Source: a virus. Taken from it: 64,000 nt of DNA. Positions 55,237-64,000 of the stretch are shown here, in pieces. How positions within the stretch are numbered: position 1 is the first letter of the stretch; each line of letters starts with the position of its first letter. A program made the position numbers and the translations under genes. The notes below the pieces were generated by a model, which saw only the letters and a program-made list of their open reading frames with translations, did no database searches and had not been told where the DNA came from. Location of the stretch: IMG/VR virus record IMGVR_UViG_3300032286_000710, positions 1 through 64,000 of that record. One strand, 5' to 3'.

Positions 55237-55909
55237 TAGAGACTATATTATATTTGATTTTGAAACAGGATCACGTAATCCACACAAAACACAACCAACA
55301 CAAATTGCTGCTATTGCTTTAGATGGAAGAACATTGCAGATGAAGGGTCAATTCAATAGTGAAATCAAGCCTATTTTTGATGATGAAAAGGCTATAGCGG
55401 CTGGATTTGATCCTGTACAAGATGAAGCTTTAAAGATAACGAAGAAAACAAGAGAACAATTAGAATTAGCACCATCTTTAAAGTCTGTGTGGAATAAATT
55501 TACAAAATTTGTTGATCAGTACAATTGGAAGGGTGAACCATTTTTTAATCCTATCCCCGTTGGTTTTAATATAATTGGCTTTGATATGCACATTATACAT
55601 AGACTATGCAAGGAATTTGGACCTTGGGACAAAGAGAGAGAACAGCAAAAACTATTTAGTAGAGTCTATAAGATAGATATTATGGATAGTGTATTTGCTT
55701 GGACAGAAAGCGATCCAAGTGTTAGGTCTATAAGTATGGACTCATTACGCGAGAGAATGGGCTTGAGTTTTGATAATGCTCACGATGCTCTACAGGACGT
55801 TAAAGATGAGGCAAATATATTTATTAAGCTTATGAAGACTCATCGTGCGGTGTATCAGAACATGAATTTTGATAAGGCGTTTGCTGATGGAAATTTGTAT
55901 GTTAAATAA
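55229..55909 (+). CDS. dnaQ: DEDDh 3'-5' exonuclease (DnaQ/epsilon-like)
   Basis: FDFETG; GFN..GFD; AHDALQD. Confidence 0.88.
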   Translation: MANRDYIIFDFETGSRNPHKTQPTQIAAIALDGRTLQMKGQFNSEIKPIFDDEKAIAAGFDPVQDEALKITKKTREQLELAPSLKSVWNKFTKFVDQYNWKGEPFFNPIPVGFNIIGFDMHIIHRLCKEFGPWDKEREQQKLFSRVYKIDIMDSVFAWTESDPSVRSISMDSLRERMGLSFDNAHDALQDVKDEANIFIKLMKTHRAVYQNMNFDKAFADGNLYVK

Positions 55910-57470
55910 TTTAGACTATAATGATAAAGCAACTTGGCAACTGTTCGCAGAAGGCAAGACTAAGGGAATCTTTCAATTAGAAAGCAACCTTGGAAAATCA
56001 TGGTCTAAAAAATTAGCACCGACCAATATTGAAGAACTATCAGCACTAATTGCTATTATTAGGCCGGGAACCTTAAAAGCAATTGTTGATGGTAAAAGTA
56101 TGACACAGCATTACGTTGACCGTAAGCATGTTAGAGAAGAAGTAACATATCTTCATCCCGCATTAGAAGATATTTTAAAGCCAACATATGGCGTTCTTGT
56201 ATATCAAGAGCAGTCAATGCGTATAGCAGAAAAAATCGCTGGTTTTAATTTACAAGAGGCAGACGTTCTTCGTAAGGCTATTGGAAAGAAGAAAGCCGAT
56301 CTTATGAATGAAGTCAAAAAATCATTTATAGCGGGGGCAGAGCGTGTTGGAATCGTAAATAAGGAGAACGCGGAAGAAATCTTCGGATGGATTGAGAAAT
56401 CATCAAGATATGCATTCAATAAATCTCACAGTGTTTCATATGCTGTATGTTCTTATTGGAGTGCATATTTTAAGGCTCATAATACCAAGGAATTCTTTTT
56501 ATCTTATCTCTTTTATGCAAATGAAAAGCAAGATCCACATCAAGAAGTTTATGAATTGATATCTGAAGCTAAACTATTTGATATTGAGACAAGAACTCCA
56601 AGCTTAACGAACTTTGAAAGAAAGTTCAATATTAAACGTGGTAAGATATACTTTGGTATTAAAGATATAAAGTCACTAACTGGTGCAACCGGAGATAAGT
56701 TAATAGAGACTATAACTGAAGCAGAGAAGACTTTGAGTAAGCCAGTAAAGGAATTTACTTGGCTTGAAATTTTACTTTTTATAGGATCAAATATTAGCTC
56801 TACTGCATTCAAGGCTTTAGCTTCCATAGGATTCTTTAGGAATTTCAAAGGTAATGTTACTAGAAATAAAGCCCTTTATGATTATGAAATTTACAGAACT
56901 CTCACTAAAGCAGAACAAACTTGGATATTAAATCATTATAATGATAAAAAGTGGGATTCTTTTGTGGATTGTTTGAGAGATTTAGCACCAACTAAAAAAG
57001 AGGGCGGTGGAACTAGCAAAGCTGACAGGAAGCAGGCTATAGAAAATGAGATACAACTATTAGTAAGTCCACCATATGATCTAGAGGACGATCCAACTTG
57101 GATTATAGATCAAGAAGTTAAATTTTTAGGTTGTCCTGTTACAATGACAAAGGTGGAGACTTCTGATACGTCTGCCGCAAATACTACTTGCAAAGAAATA
57201 ATCAATGGCAAGAAGGGTAAGGATATGTGTATAGTAGCCAACATTCAAAGATTATCAGATTACACAATTAATAAGGGTGAATCTAAAGGTCAGGTAATGT
57301 CATTTCTAACAATAGAAGATGATACGTGCATACTTGATAGTGTTATAGTGTTCCCTAAGACCCGAGAAAAATATAAATATATTCTATATGAAGGAAACAA
57401 CTTAATTTTCTGTGGGTCAGTAAGTGATAAAGACACATCATTTATAGTAGATAAGATTCACGAAATTTAA
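55899..57470 (+). CDS. dnaE: DNA polymerase III alpha, C-terminal part (fingers, HhH, OB)
   Basis: GIFQLES; IRPG; TYGVLVYQEQ; LRKAIGKK; YAFNKSHS; OB-fold MSFLTIED. Confidence 0.93.
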   Translation: MLNNLDYNDKATWQLFAEGKTKGIFQLESNLGKSWSKKLAPTNIEELSALIAIIRPGTLKAIVDGKSMTQHYVDRKHVREEVTYLHPALEDILKPTYGVLVYQEQSMRIAEKIAGFNLQEADVLRKAIGKKKADLMNEVKKSFIAGAERVGIVNKENAEEIFGWIEKSSRYAFNKSHSVSYAVCSYWSAYFKAHNTKEFFLSYLFYANEKQDPHQEVYELISEAKLFDIETRTPSLTNFERKFNIKRGKIYFGIKDIKSLTGATGDKLIETITEAEKTLSKPVKEFTWLEILLFIGSNISSTAFKALASIGFFRNFKGNVTRNKALYDYEIYRTLTKAEQTWILNHYNDKKWDSFVDCLRDLAPTKKEGGGTSKADRKQAIENEIQLLVSPPYDLEDDPTWIIDQEVKFLGCPVTMTKVETSDTSAANTTCKEIINGKKGKDMCIVANIQRLSDYTINKGESKGQVMSFLTIEDDTCILDSVIVFPKTREKYKYILYEGNNLIFCGSVSDKDTSFIVDKIHEI

Positions 57471-57522
57471 CGGTTGTTTTTTTAATCAGTCGCTGCTAAT
57501 ATATTAAGATGAGGAGACTAGA

Positions 57523-57834
57523 ATGAATATGTGTTCTTTTACGGGATACTTGGTTGAAAACCCAAGAATCTCTATGGTTGGAGATGTGGTTTTGGCGGAA
57601 TTTGTTATGGTGATATATACTTATCGCAAAACAAAAACCGGTGAAAAGAATAGAATTCCAACATATATACATTGTGAAGCTTGGCATACCGGTGCTGAGA
57701 CTTTAGAAAAGTATGCCACGCAAGGCACTAAGTTAGTTATTCATGCCTCTGCTAAAAATCCAGAAAAGGATAATGAAGATATTGTTTTTAGAATTAACGA
57801 GTTTGATTTCTGTCACAAGGACTTTGAAGACTGA
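57523..57834 (+). CDS. second SSB-like OB-fold protein
   Basis: MNMCSFTGYL; CEAWHTGAE; QGTKL. Confidence 0.75.
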   Translation: MNMCSFTGYLVENPRISMVGDVVLAEFVMVIYTYRKTKTGEKNRIPTYIHCEAWHTGAETLEKYATQGTKLVIHASAKNPEKDNEDIVFRINEFDFCHKDFED

Positions 57835-59501
57835 TGAGAAAACCAAGAATATTATTTTGTAGCGAAGCTACGTTTTTAAATACTGGTTATGCAACATATA
57901 CCAGAGAAATATTAAACTATCTACACGGTACTGGAAAATACGAGATAGCTGAAATGGCTTCTTACGGAGAGCGTAATGACCCAAGAGCAAAAGATATACC
58001 TTGGAAATTCTACGGGGTAGTTCCAGACTCCACTTGTTCAGAAGAAGAAAAAAATCAATACTCACAGTATCCAACTGCACAATTTGGTGAAATGATTTTT
58101 GAGCATGTGTGTTTAGACTTTTTGCCAGATGTTGTTTGTGATATACGAGACTTTTGGATGTTGGATTTTGCTGAAAGATCACCATTTAGACCATATTTTA
58201 AATGGTGCATAATGCCAACAGTTGATGCTAGGCCACAGGCCAGACAGTGGGTTGCAACCTATAAATCAGCAGATGCCTGTTTAACATATTCAGAATGGGC
58301 TGGAGAAGTATTAAAACAACAGTCTGGTGATAAGATAAACTATATTGGCATTTCTCCACCGTCAGCACACGGTGCTTACCAACCCATAGAAGATAAGGCC
58401 GGGCTTAGAGCATCTATGGGAATTAATCCAGAGGCTAAAATCATTGGGACCGTCATGAGAAATCAGCGACGAAAATTATACCCAGATCTATTTCAAGCTT
58501 TTAGACTTTTGCTAGATAGCGTTGAAGACAATACTGATTATTATTTATATTGTCACACAAGTTATCCAGATTTGGGTTGGGATATTCCAGAGCTATTACA
58601 ACAATATCAATTATCATCTAAGGTATATTTTACATATATCTGTGGTCAAACTGGAAAACCGTTCCCATCGTTATTTAAGGGTGCTATTGCACAATCCCCT
58701 TACACTGGACAATTTGGGGCATCATTATCAAACGTAAAGCACGGCGTAGAATATGAAGACCTTTCCAAGATAATAAACTTATTTGATCTATATGTTCAGT
58801 ATGCTAACTGTGAAGGTTTTGGTCTGCCACAAGTAGAAGCCGCCGCATGTGGAGTACCAGTAATGGCTACAGATTATTCTGCTATGGAAAGCGTAGTAAG
58901 AAATCTAGGTGGTACTCCGCTCACTCCAAAAGCACTATATAAGGAACTTGAAACTGGTTGTTTTAGGGCGGTTCCAGACAATGTATTAGCAGCACAAAAG
59001 TTCAAAGAGTTTTTCGAACAACCAGCTAGTATAAGAAGAAGACTTGGATTTGATACTAGGCAAGCATTTTTAAAGCATTACCAATGGGATAAAAGTGGTA
59101 AAGCTTGGGAAAATTATTTTGATAGCATTGAAATATCAGAGACTTTTGATTCTTGGAGACAACCCTCTAGAATAAAAGAACCCCAACCAAAACCCGACAA
59201 GTTACCAGATAATGTTAGTCATCAAGATATATCTAGGTGGTTAATCTCAGAAGTTTTGTGTGAGCCAGAAAAGACAAATTCTTATATAGAATCTAGACTA
59301 GTAAGAGATTTAATGTATAGAAATTCCATGGCAACTACTGGCGGAATGTATTTCAATGAAAGTTCTGCTGTATTTGATGGGAAACAAACAAGAAACCCGT
59401 TTGATTTTGATATAGCGTATGATCAAATGGTAAATCTTTGCAATAGAAGAAATTTTTGGGAAAACAAGAGGCTTGAAATGTTGAAAGCTAGGGGCATGTA
59501 A
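57834..59501 (+). CDS. glycosyltransferase, GT4/GT-B family
   Basis: TGYA; RNQRRK; EGFGLPQVEAAACG. Confidence 0.9.
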   Translation: MRKPRILFCSEATFLNTGYATYTREILNYLHGTGKYEIAEMASYGERNDPRAKDIPWKFYGVVPDSTCSEEEKNQYSQYPTAQFGEMIFEHVCLDFLPDVVCDIRDFWMLDFAERSPFRPYFKWCIMPTVDARPQARQWVATYKSADACLTYSEWAGEVLKQQSGDKINYIGISPPSAHGAYQPIEDKAGLRASMGINPEAKIIGTVMRNQRRKLYPDLFQAFRLLLDSVEDNTDYYLYCHTSYPDLGWDIPELLQQYQLSSKVYFTYICGQTGKPFPSLFKGAIAQSPYTGQFGASLSNVKHGVEYEDLSKIINLFDLYVQYANCEGFGLPQVEAAACGVPVMATDYSAMESVVRNLGGTPLTPKALYKELETGCFRAVPDNVLAAQKFKEFFEQPASIRRRLGFDTRQAFLKHYQWDKSGKAWENYFDSIEISETFDSWRQPSRIKEPQPKPDKLPDNVSHQDISRWLISEVLCEPEKTNSYIESRLVRDLMYRNSMATTGGMYFNESSAVFDGKQTRNPFDFDIAYDQMVNLCNRRNFWENKRLEMLKARGM

Positions 59502-60145
59502 TGTATAATGCACAAACATATCAAGATCTTTTTGTAAACAAGTTATTAGATATAGACAATGGATATTTTGTTGATATAGGTGCTGGAACCGGCGGATTAC
59601 CACTATATAGCCCCGGTTTTTATAGTAATACATATTTTTTTGAGAGTCGTGGCTGGCGGGGAATAGCAATAGATTACGATCAGAATTATATAAAATCAGT
59701 AGAGGGTTTTAGAAAAGCAAAATGTATTCTTGCTGATTTAAACTTTGTAAATATAAATACAATATTGGAGTCTAATAATTGCCCAGAAGAAATAGACTAT
59801 CTATCTATGGACGTAGATGATGTTCAATTCAAAGTGTTTAATGATTTCAATTTTGAAAAATATAAGTTCAAGGTGCTAACACTAGAGCATAATCTATTTC
59901 AGTCATTTTCAGAGTGTAACCAAGATCATACAGTAGAATATAAAAATAAAATAGTAAAAGAATACAAAGAATATAGATCAAAATTGCAAGACTTGGGCTA
60001 TAAAATACTTTGGGGCAATATTATATTAGATGGTTACGGACCAGTGGAAGATTGGTATGTAAATCAAGACATATATGAGAAATATAAATATTTAGAAGCA
60101 GAAAACATAAATTGTAAAGAGGTAATAAATGCTATTTTTAGATGA
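59501..60145 (+). CDS. FkbM-like methyltransferase
   Basis: GYFVDIGAG; SNTYFFE..GWRGI; IDYLSMDVD; EDWY. Confidence 0.8.
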   Translation: MYNAQTYQDLFVNKLLDIDNGYFVDIGAGTGGLPLYSPGFYSNTYFFESRGWRGIAIDYDQNYIKSVEGFRKAKCILADLNFVNINTILESNNCPEEIDYLSMDVDDVQFKVFNDFNFEKYKFKVLTLEHNLFQSFSECNQDHTVEYKNKIVKEYKEYRSKLQDLGYKILWGNIILDGYGPVEDWYVNQDIYEKYKYLEAENINCKEVINAIFR

Positions 60146-60809
60146 CATTAAAAAAACTCATGATAAAATAACTAATATTTTTGAAATAGGCGCACACCGT
60201 GGTTATGACATTGACGATATAGTAAAATATTGGCCAGAAGCAAATGTCTATGCTTTTGAGGCAGATCCATTCAATTATGATATATGCAAGAAAAGATGTG
60301 AACAATATAAGAATGTTTCTGTATTTAACTTGGCTGTGACTGATGAAAATGGACAAATCACATTTAATAGATTTTGTGATATAGAAAAAATTCCAGATAG
60401 TGCTACATTTGAAGGTTCTAACATGCAATTTACTGGATGTGGATCTATCAAAAAGCCCGGTGATGGTTTAAAGAATATATACAATATCAATGAAGTTACC
60501 CAAGAAATAGTTGTGGATGCCATCACTTTAGAACATTTTTGCAAATCAAACAATATATCATCTATAGATGCTCTTTTTATGGATGTTCAAGGGGCAGAAA
60601 TGAACGTATTAAATGGATGCAAAAATTTACTCAATACTACAAAAGCGATGACATTAGAATGGTCAACAAACAGAGTTTTATACGATGGAGAAACTGATTT
60701 TACAGTAATAAAATTATTTCTTGAAAGCATAGGTTTAACCGAACAGTGTAGAGAATATCAAATATACGGTTTGAATGGGGATTCATTGTTTGTAAGATTG
60801 GAGTCATGA
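60129..60809 (+). CDS. FkbM-family methyltransferase
   Basis: FEIGAHRG; YAFEA; MDVQGAE. Confidence 0.88.
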   Translation: MLFLDDIKKTHDKITNIFEIGAHRGYDIDDIVKYWPEANVYAFEADPFNYDICKKRCEQYKNVSVFNLAVTDENGQITFNRFCDIEKIPDSATFEGSNMQFTGCGSIKKPGDGLKNIYNINEVTQEIVVDAITLEHFCKSNNISSIDALFMDVQGAEMNVLNGCKNLLNTTKAMTLEWSTNRVLYDGETDFTVIKLFLESIGLTEQCREYQIYGLNGDSLFVRLES

Positions 60810-60810
60810 A

Positions 60811-61926
60811 GTGAAAATACTTTATATAGGACATTATAAAGAAAGTAGCGGTTGGTCAAAAGCCGCTATAGATTTGATATTAGCTATGGATTCAGTAGGA
60901 ATCGATGTTACGTGTAGAAATATAAAGCTAACATCTAAAAGTGCTGAAATTCCAAATAGAATTTTGGAGTTAGAAAAAAAACCTCTAAAAAATATTGATA
61001 TTTGTATACAGCATGTTTTGCCTCACCATATTGTGGGTACTTCCAAGTTTAAGAAAAATATAGCTTATTATGTGTCAGAATCAAGTACTATTAATTTTAA
61101 TAATTGGTCTTCTAGCTTAAAATTAGTCGATGAATTATGGGTTCCTAATAGCACCTCCTTAAAAAATATGCAAAAGGACGGATTTGAAAATATAAAATAC
61201 GTACCACACGCTTTTGATTTGTCAATATATAAAAATAAGACCAGCACCAAAATAAACTTTGGAGAGAAAAATAGCACATTTAAATTTTATTATATAGCAG
61301 ATTTAAATGAGAGAAAGAACATAGAATCAATTATTAAATGTTTTCATAGTGAATTCCACAGATATGAACCGGTATCATTGATATTAAAAGTCAAAAAATT
61401 TGGAGTTCATCCATCAGAACTACATAAACATGTAAAAGATATATGCAACTCAATCAAAAAAACTTTAAGAATATATCCTAGTGCGGAAGATTATCACGAA
61501 GAAATAATTATTCCAAATGATATGACAGGGGACGAGATTGACGCACTACATAATTCTTGCGATTGCTTGATTAATACAACTCATGGTGAGGGCTGGTCAA
61601 TACCAGCTTTTGATGCTATGTGCTTTGGGAAAACTCCAATCTGTGGTAATGAAGGTGGTCCAAAAGAGTTTATAAAAGATAAGAGTTCTGGCACATTGAT
61701 CAGTGGCGTAAGTGGAGTTTGCGAACATTCTGACCCAGCTTTTAATAACATATTCACTGGTAGGGAGTCTTGGTTTGTTCCAGATGAAGAAGAAGTAAAA
61801 TCTGCGATGAGATACTATTACGAAAACAAAGATTTAATTGATAGAGCTAGAGGTCTTAAAGATGCAGAAGAGTTTTCATACGAAAATGTAGGGAATCTAA
61901 TAAGGGGATTGCTAGATGTACAATAA
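60811..61926 (+). CDS. glycosyltransferase, GT4/GT-B family
   Basis: SGWSKAA; ERKN; GEGWSIPAFDAM. Confidence 0.88.
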   Translation: MKILYIGHYKESSGWSKAAIDLILAMDSVGIDVTCRNIKLTSKSAEIPNRILELEKKPLKNIDICIQHVLPHHIVGTSKFKKNIAYYVSESSTINFNNWSSSLKLVDELWVPNSTSLKNMQKDGFENIKYVPHAFDLSIYKNKTSTKINFGEKNSTFKFYYIADLNERKNIESIIKCFHSEFHRYEPVSLILKVKKFGVHPSELHKHVKDICNSIKKTLRIYPSAEDYHEEIIIPNDMTGDEIDALHNSCDCLINTTHGEGWSIPAFDAMCFGKTPICGNEGGPKEFIKDKSSGTLISGVSGVCEHSDPAFNNIFTGRESWFVPDEEEVKSAMRYYYENKDLIDRARGLKDAEEFSYENVGNLIRGLLDVQ

Positions 61927-62908
61927 TACAGTAGACAGACTGATTAGTATAGCAAATAAGGAAAAACCAGAAAAGTATAATATACTCACCTTTCCTACTC
62001 ATGAAAGATATGAGAGCGAATTATGCAAAACTGGCCATAATTTCTATGCGCTAAATACAAAAAATATGAAAAAGTGGAATGTTGAGCAAACACAAGTTCC
62101 TGCCAACTATCATATTCTTCCAGACGATCAGCTATGTGATTATTTAAACTATGACTTTATTCTAGTTCAAAGCAAATTTGGTCAATTTCAAGTTGCACAA
62201 AATATAAATCAGACTCTAAGTTTGCCAATTATATGTTTAGAGCATACCCTTCCAACCCCACAAACAATTTCTAAAAGTCAGTTAGAACAAATGCGTAATA
62301 TGCGTGGGGATGTAAATGTATTTATATCAAATTTTTCTAAAAAAGCTTGGGGCTTAGAAGGTATAATAGTGCATCATGGAGTAGATACTAAAATGTTTGC
62401 ACCAAGGGATAATCCAAAGAACTCTAAAATACTTACAGTAGCTAATGATTTCATAAATCGTGATTATTGTTTGAACTATTCTGGATGGAAACGTGTAACA
62501 GATGGATTAGAAGTAAGAGTAGTTGGAGAAACTAAGGGATTATCAGAGTCAGCAAAATCAATTGAAGATCTAGTAGATGAATATAATTCTTGCTCAGTAT
62601 ATTTTAATAGTTCTACATTAAGTCCAATACCTACCTCACTATTGGAAGCTATGGCTTGTGGATGTGCCGTTGTTTCTACTGCGACTTGCATGATACCAGA
62701 TATTATTCAAAATGGGAAAAATGGATACATTTCTAATGACGAAAAAGAGTTAAGATACTATTTGCAGCATATTATAAATGATGAAGGGATAAGAAAAACT
62801 CTTGGGCAAAATGCCAGACAAACTATAATAGACATGTTTTCAGAGGAAGGGTTTATTAATACGTGGAATTCAATATTTGACAACATATACGAGGTATCAA
62901 ACACATGA
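61916..62908 (+). CDS. glycosyltransferase, GT4/GT-B family
   Basis: HGVD; PTSLLEAMACGCAVV; NGKNG. Confidence 0.9.
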   Translation: MYNNTVDRLISIANKEKPEKYNILTFPTHERYESELCKTGHNFYALNTKNMKKWNVEQTQVPANYHILPDDQLCDYLNYDFILVQSKFGQFQVAQNINQTLSLPIICLEHTLPTPQTISKSQLEQMRNMRGDVNVFISNFSKKAWGLEGIIVHHGVDTKMFAPRDNPKNSKILTVANDFINRDYCLNYSGWKRVTDGLEVRVVGETKGLSESAKSIEDLVDEYNSCSVYFNSSTLSPIPTSLLEAMACGCAVVSTATCMIPDIIQNGKNGYISNDEKELRYYLQHIINDEGIRKTLGQNARQTIIDMFSEEGFINTWNSIFDNIYEVSNT

Positions 62909-63321
62909 AATTACAGATATTAACAGACATAAAAGATTGTATAGATGGGTACAATCCAGCATTTTTAGATAATGAAGTTTTGAATGTAGATGTTCCAGAT
63001 AATTCCGTATCGTCAATATTAATGATAGGATCTATAGAGAGCGTATCATATAAGTCGCTAGACAATCTATTGAATTCTGTTAGGCGTATTCTCAGAAGAA
63101 ATGGTAAAGTTGTAATAAGTGGTATAGATATTAATTGTATTAGTAGAGATTTGATAAATAGAGTTATAGACGCAAAAACATATAATGAAGTTGTTTTTAG
63201 CAAAAATGGGATATATGATTCTAAAGAATTGTGCAATAAGTTGTCATTTTTAGGTCTTACTATAGAAAAAGTTACTTTAAAAGGATCAGTATATGAATTA
63301 CATGCCTCCCGATCCAACTAA
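62905..63321 (+). CDS. degenerate class I methyltransferase-like protein
   Basis: PDNSVSSI...LNSVRRILRRNGKV. Confidence 0.55.
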   Translation: MKLQILTDIKDCIDGYNPAFLDNEVLNVDVPDNSVSSILMIGSIESVSYKSLDNLLNSVRRILRRNGKVVISGIDINCISRDLINRVIDAKTYNEVVFSKNGIYDSKELCNKLSFLGLTIEKVTLKGSVYELHASRSN

Positions 63322-64000
63322 ACAAACCAGTTGTAAAAACTGTATATTTGCTATCTATGAAGATAACACACAGGTTGGGTGTGAAGATAATAGGGTTTCC
63401 AAATTTGGGGATTTAGTTATAGAAGCCTATGATGATTCAAAAGAGTTTTATGTAATAAACAGGCTATGTAATCTCTATAGAAATATTAAGTGGAATGATG
63501 GAATAAAAGACGTATCCAAAGCTAAGAAAGAGTCTTGCCTGAGTTTTGACGTATTAATAGATTGTGACGATATAAATGATCAGTATAGGAATAAAATCAT
63601 AGAAGAGATTAGCAAGTTAGACTATCCTAAAGAAAAATGCGTAATATCTCTTTTTCAATCTTATACTTGCGATAAGACCCAAAGAGAAGAAGCGATAGGT
63701 ATTCATGCCCATCATCCTACTACTAATTTATCGGTTTACTTCGACAGGACAGATTACATACATTCATTCCTATCAAAATCTAGGAATTCATTTCATTTAA
63801 TATTGAATAAAAACAACATAGATAATTTTTCTAATTTTATCATCAGTGTTGACAAATTAGTGAATGATGATCTAAAAAGATTTATTTTGTGTAAGGGTGA
63901 CAATAAGCTTACAATATCTAATACAGCCTGTAGAATTATATATCAAAATTTATATTCAGAATATGAAAATAATGTTGCTATTATGATAGAAGATGCTAAA
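63302..64000 (+). CDS. hypothetical protein with Cys-rich N-terminus, 3'-truncated by window edge
   Basis: AAGGA upstream; MPPDPTKQTSCKNCIFA..., open to the window end. Confidence 0.65.
   Translation, partial: MPPDPTKQTSCKNCIFAIYEDNTQVGCEDNRVSKFGDLVIEAYDDSKEFYVINRLCNLYRNIKWNDGIKDVSKAKKESCLSFDVLIDCDDINDQYRNKIIEEISKLDYPKEKCVISLFQSYTCDKTQREEAIGIHAHHPTTNLSVYFDRTDYIHSFLSKSRNSFHLILNKNNIDNFSNFIISVDKLVNDDLKRFILCKGDNKLTISNTACRIIYQNLYSEYENNVAIMIEDAK

Noticed and set aside
55200-55920. Split intein or group I intron explaining the dnaE break
   Set aside because: No intein terminal motifs, no noncoding space for a ribozyme, and the intervening ORF is a DEDDh exonuclease rather than a homing endonuclease.

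Overview
A 64-kb internal segment of a large, AT-rich (roughly one-third GC by eye, not computed) tailed dsDNA phage, with almost all genes on the + strand. No integrase, rRNA, capsid, portal or terminase gene is visible. 1-12 kb holds dense small hypothetical early-type ORFs, including an orphan MbcA/ParS/Xre-type antitoxin domain. 12-17 kb holds a secreted thioredoxin, a tmRNA (tag GETRFALAA), an unusual tRNA-Ser(ACU), HNH-type endonucleases, an Ig-like protein and a trypsin-like protease. 17-29 kb holds ThyX, rIIA/rIIB-like genes, GMP reductase, dCMP deaminase, SSB, a deaminase/NDT/GT4 trio and a sigma-70-type factor. 29.5-37 kb is a late module: a membrane-anchored PAS-domain protein, a holin-like protein and a papain-like protease (a candidate sensor-gated lysis cassette), then a tail fibre, a second protease, a sulfotransferase and a lipoprotein/membrane cluster. 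37-57.8 kb covers nucleotide metabolism and replication (nrdA-HNH-nrdB, dUTPase, PhoH, RecA, DnaB, DnaG, dNMP kinase, Cas4-like nuclease, divergent bacterioferritin) and an intein-free DnaE split into two genes around a DnaQ exonuclease. 57.8-64 kb is a glycosyltransferase/methyltransferase cluster. Two distinct promoter classes recur. Several weak cues suggest a GC-rich host, possibly a planctomycete (inference only). All family calls come from motif recognition by eye; no database searches were run.
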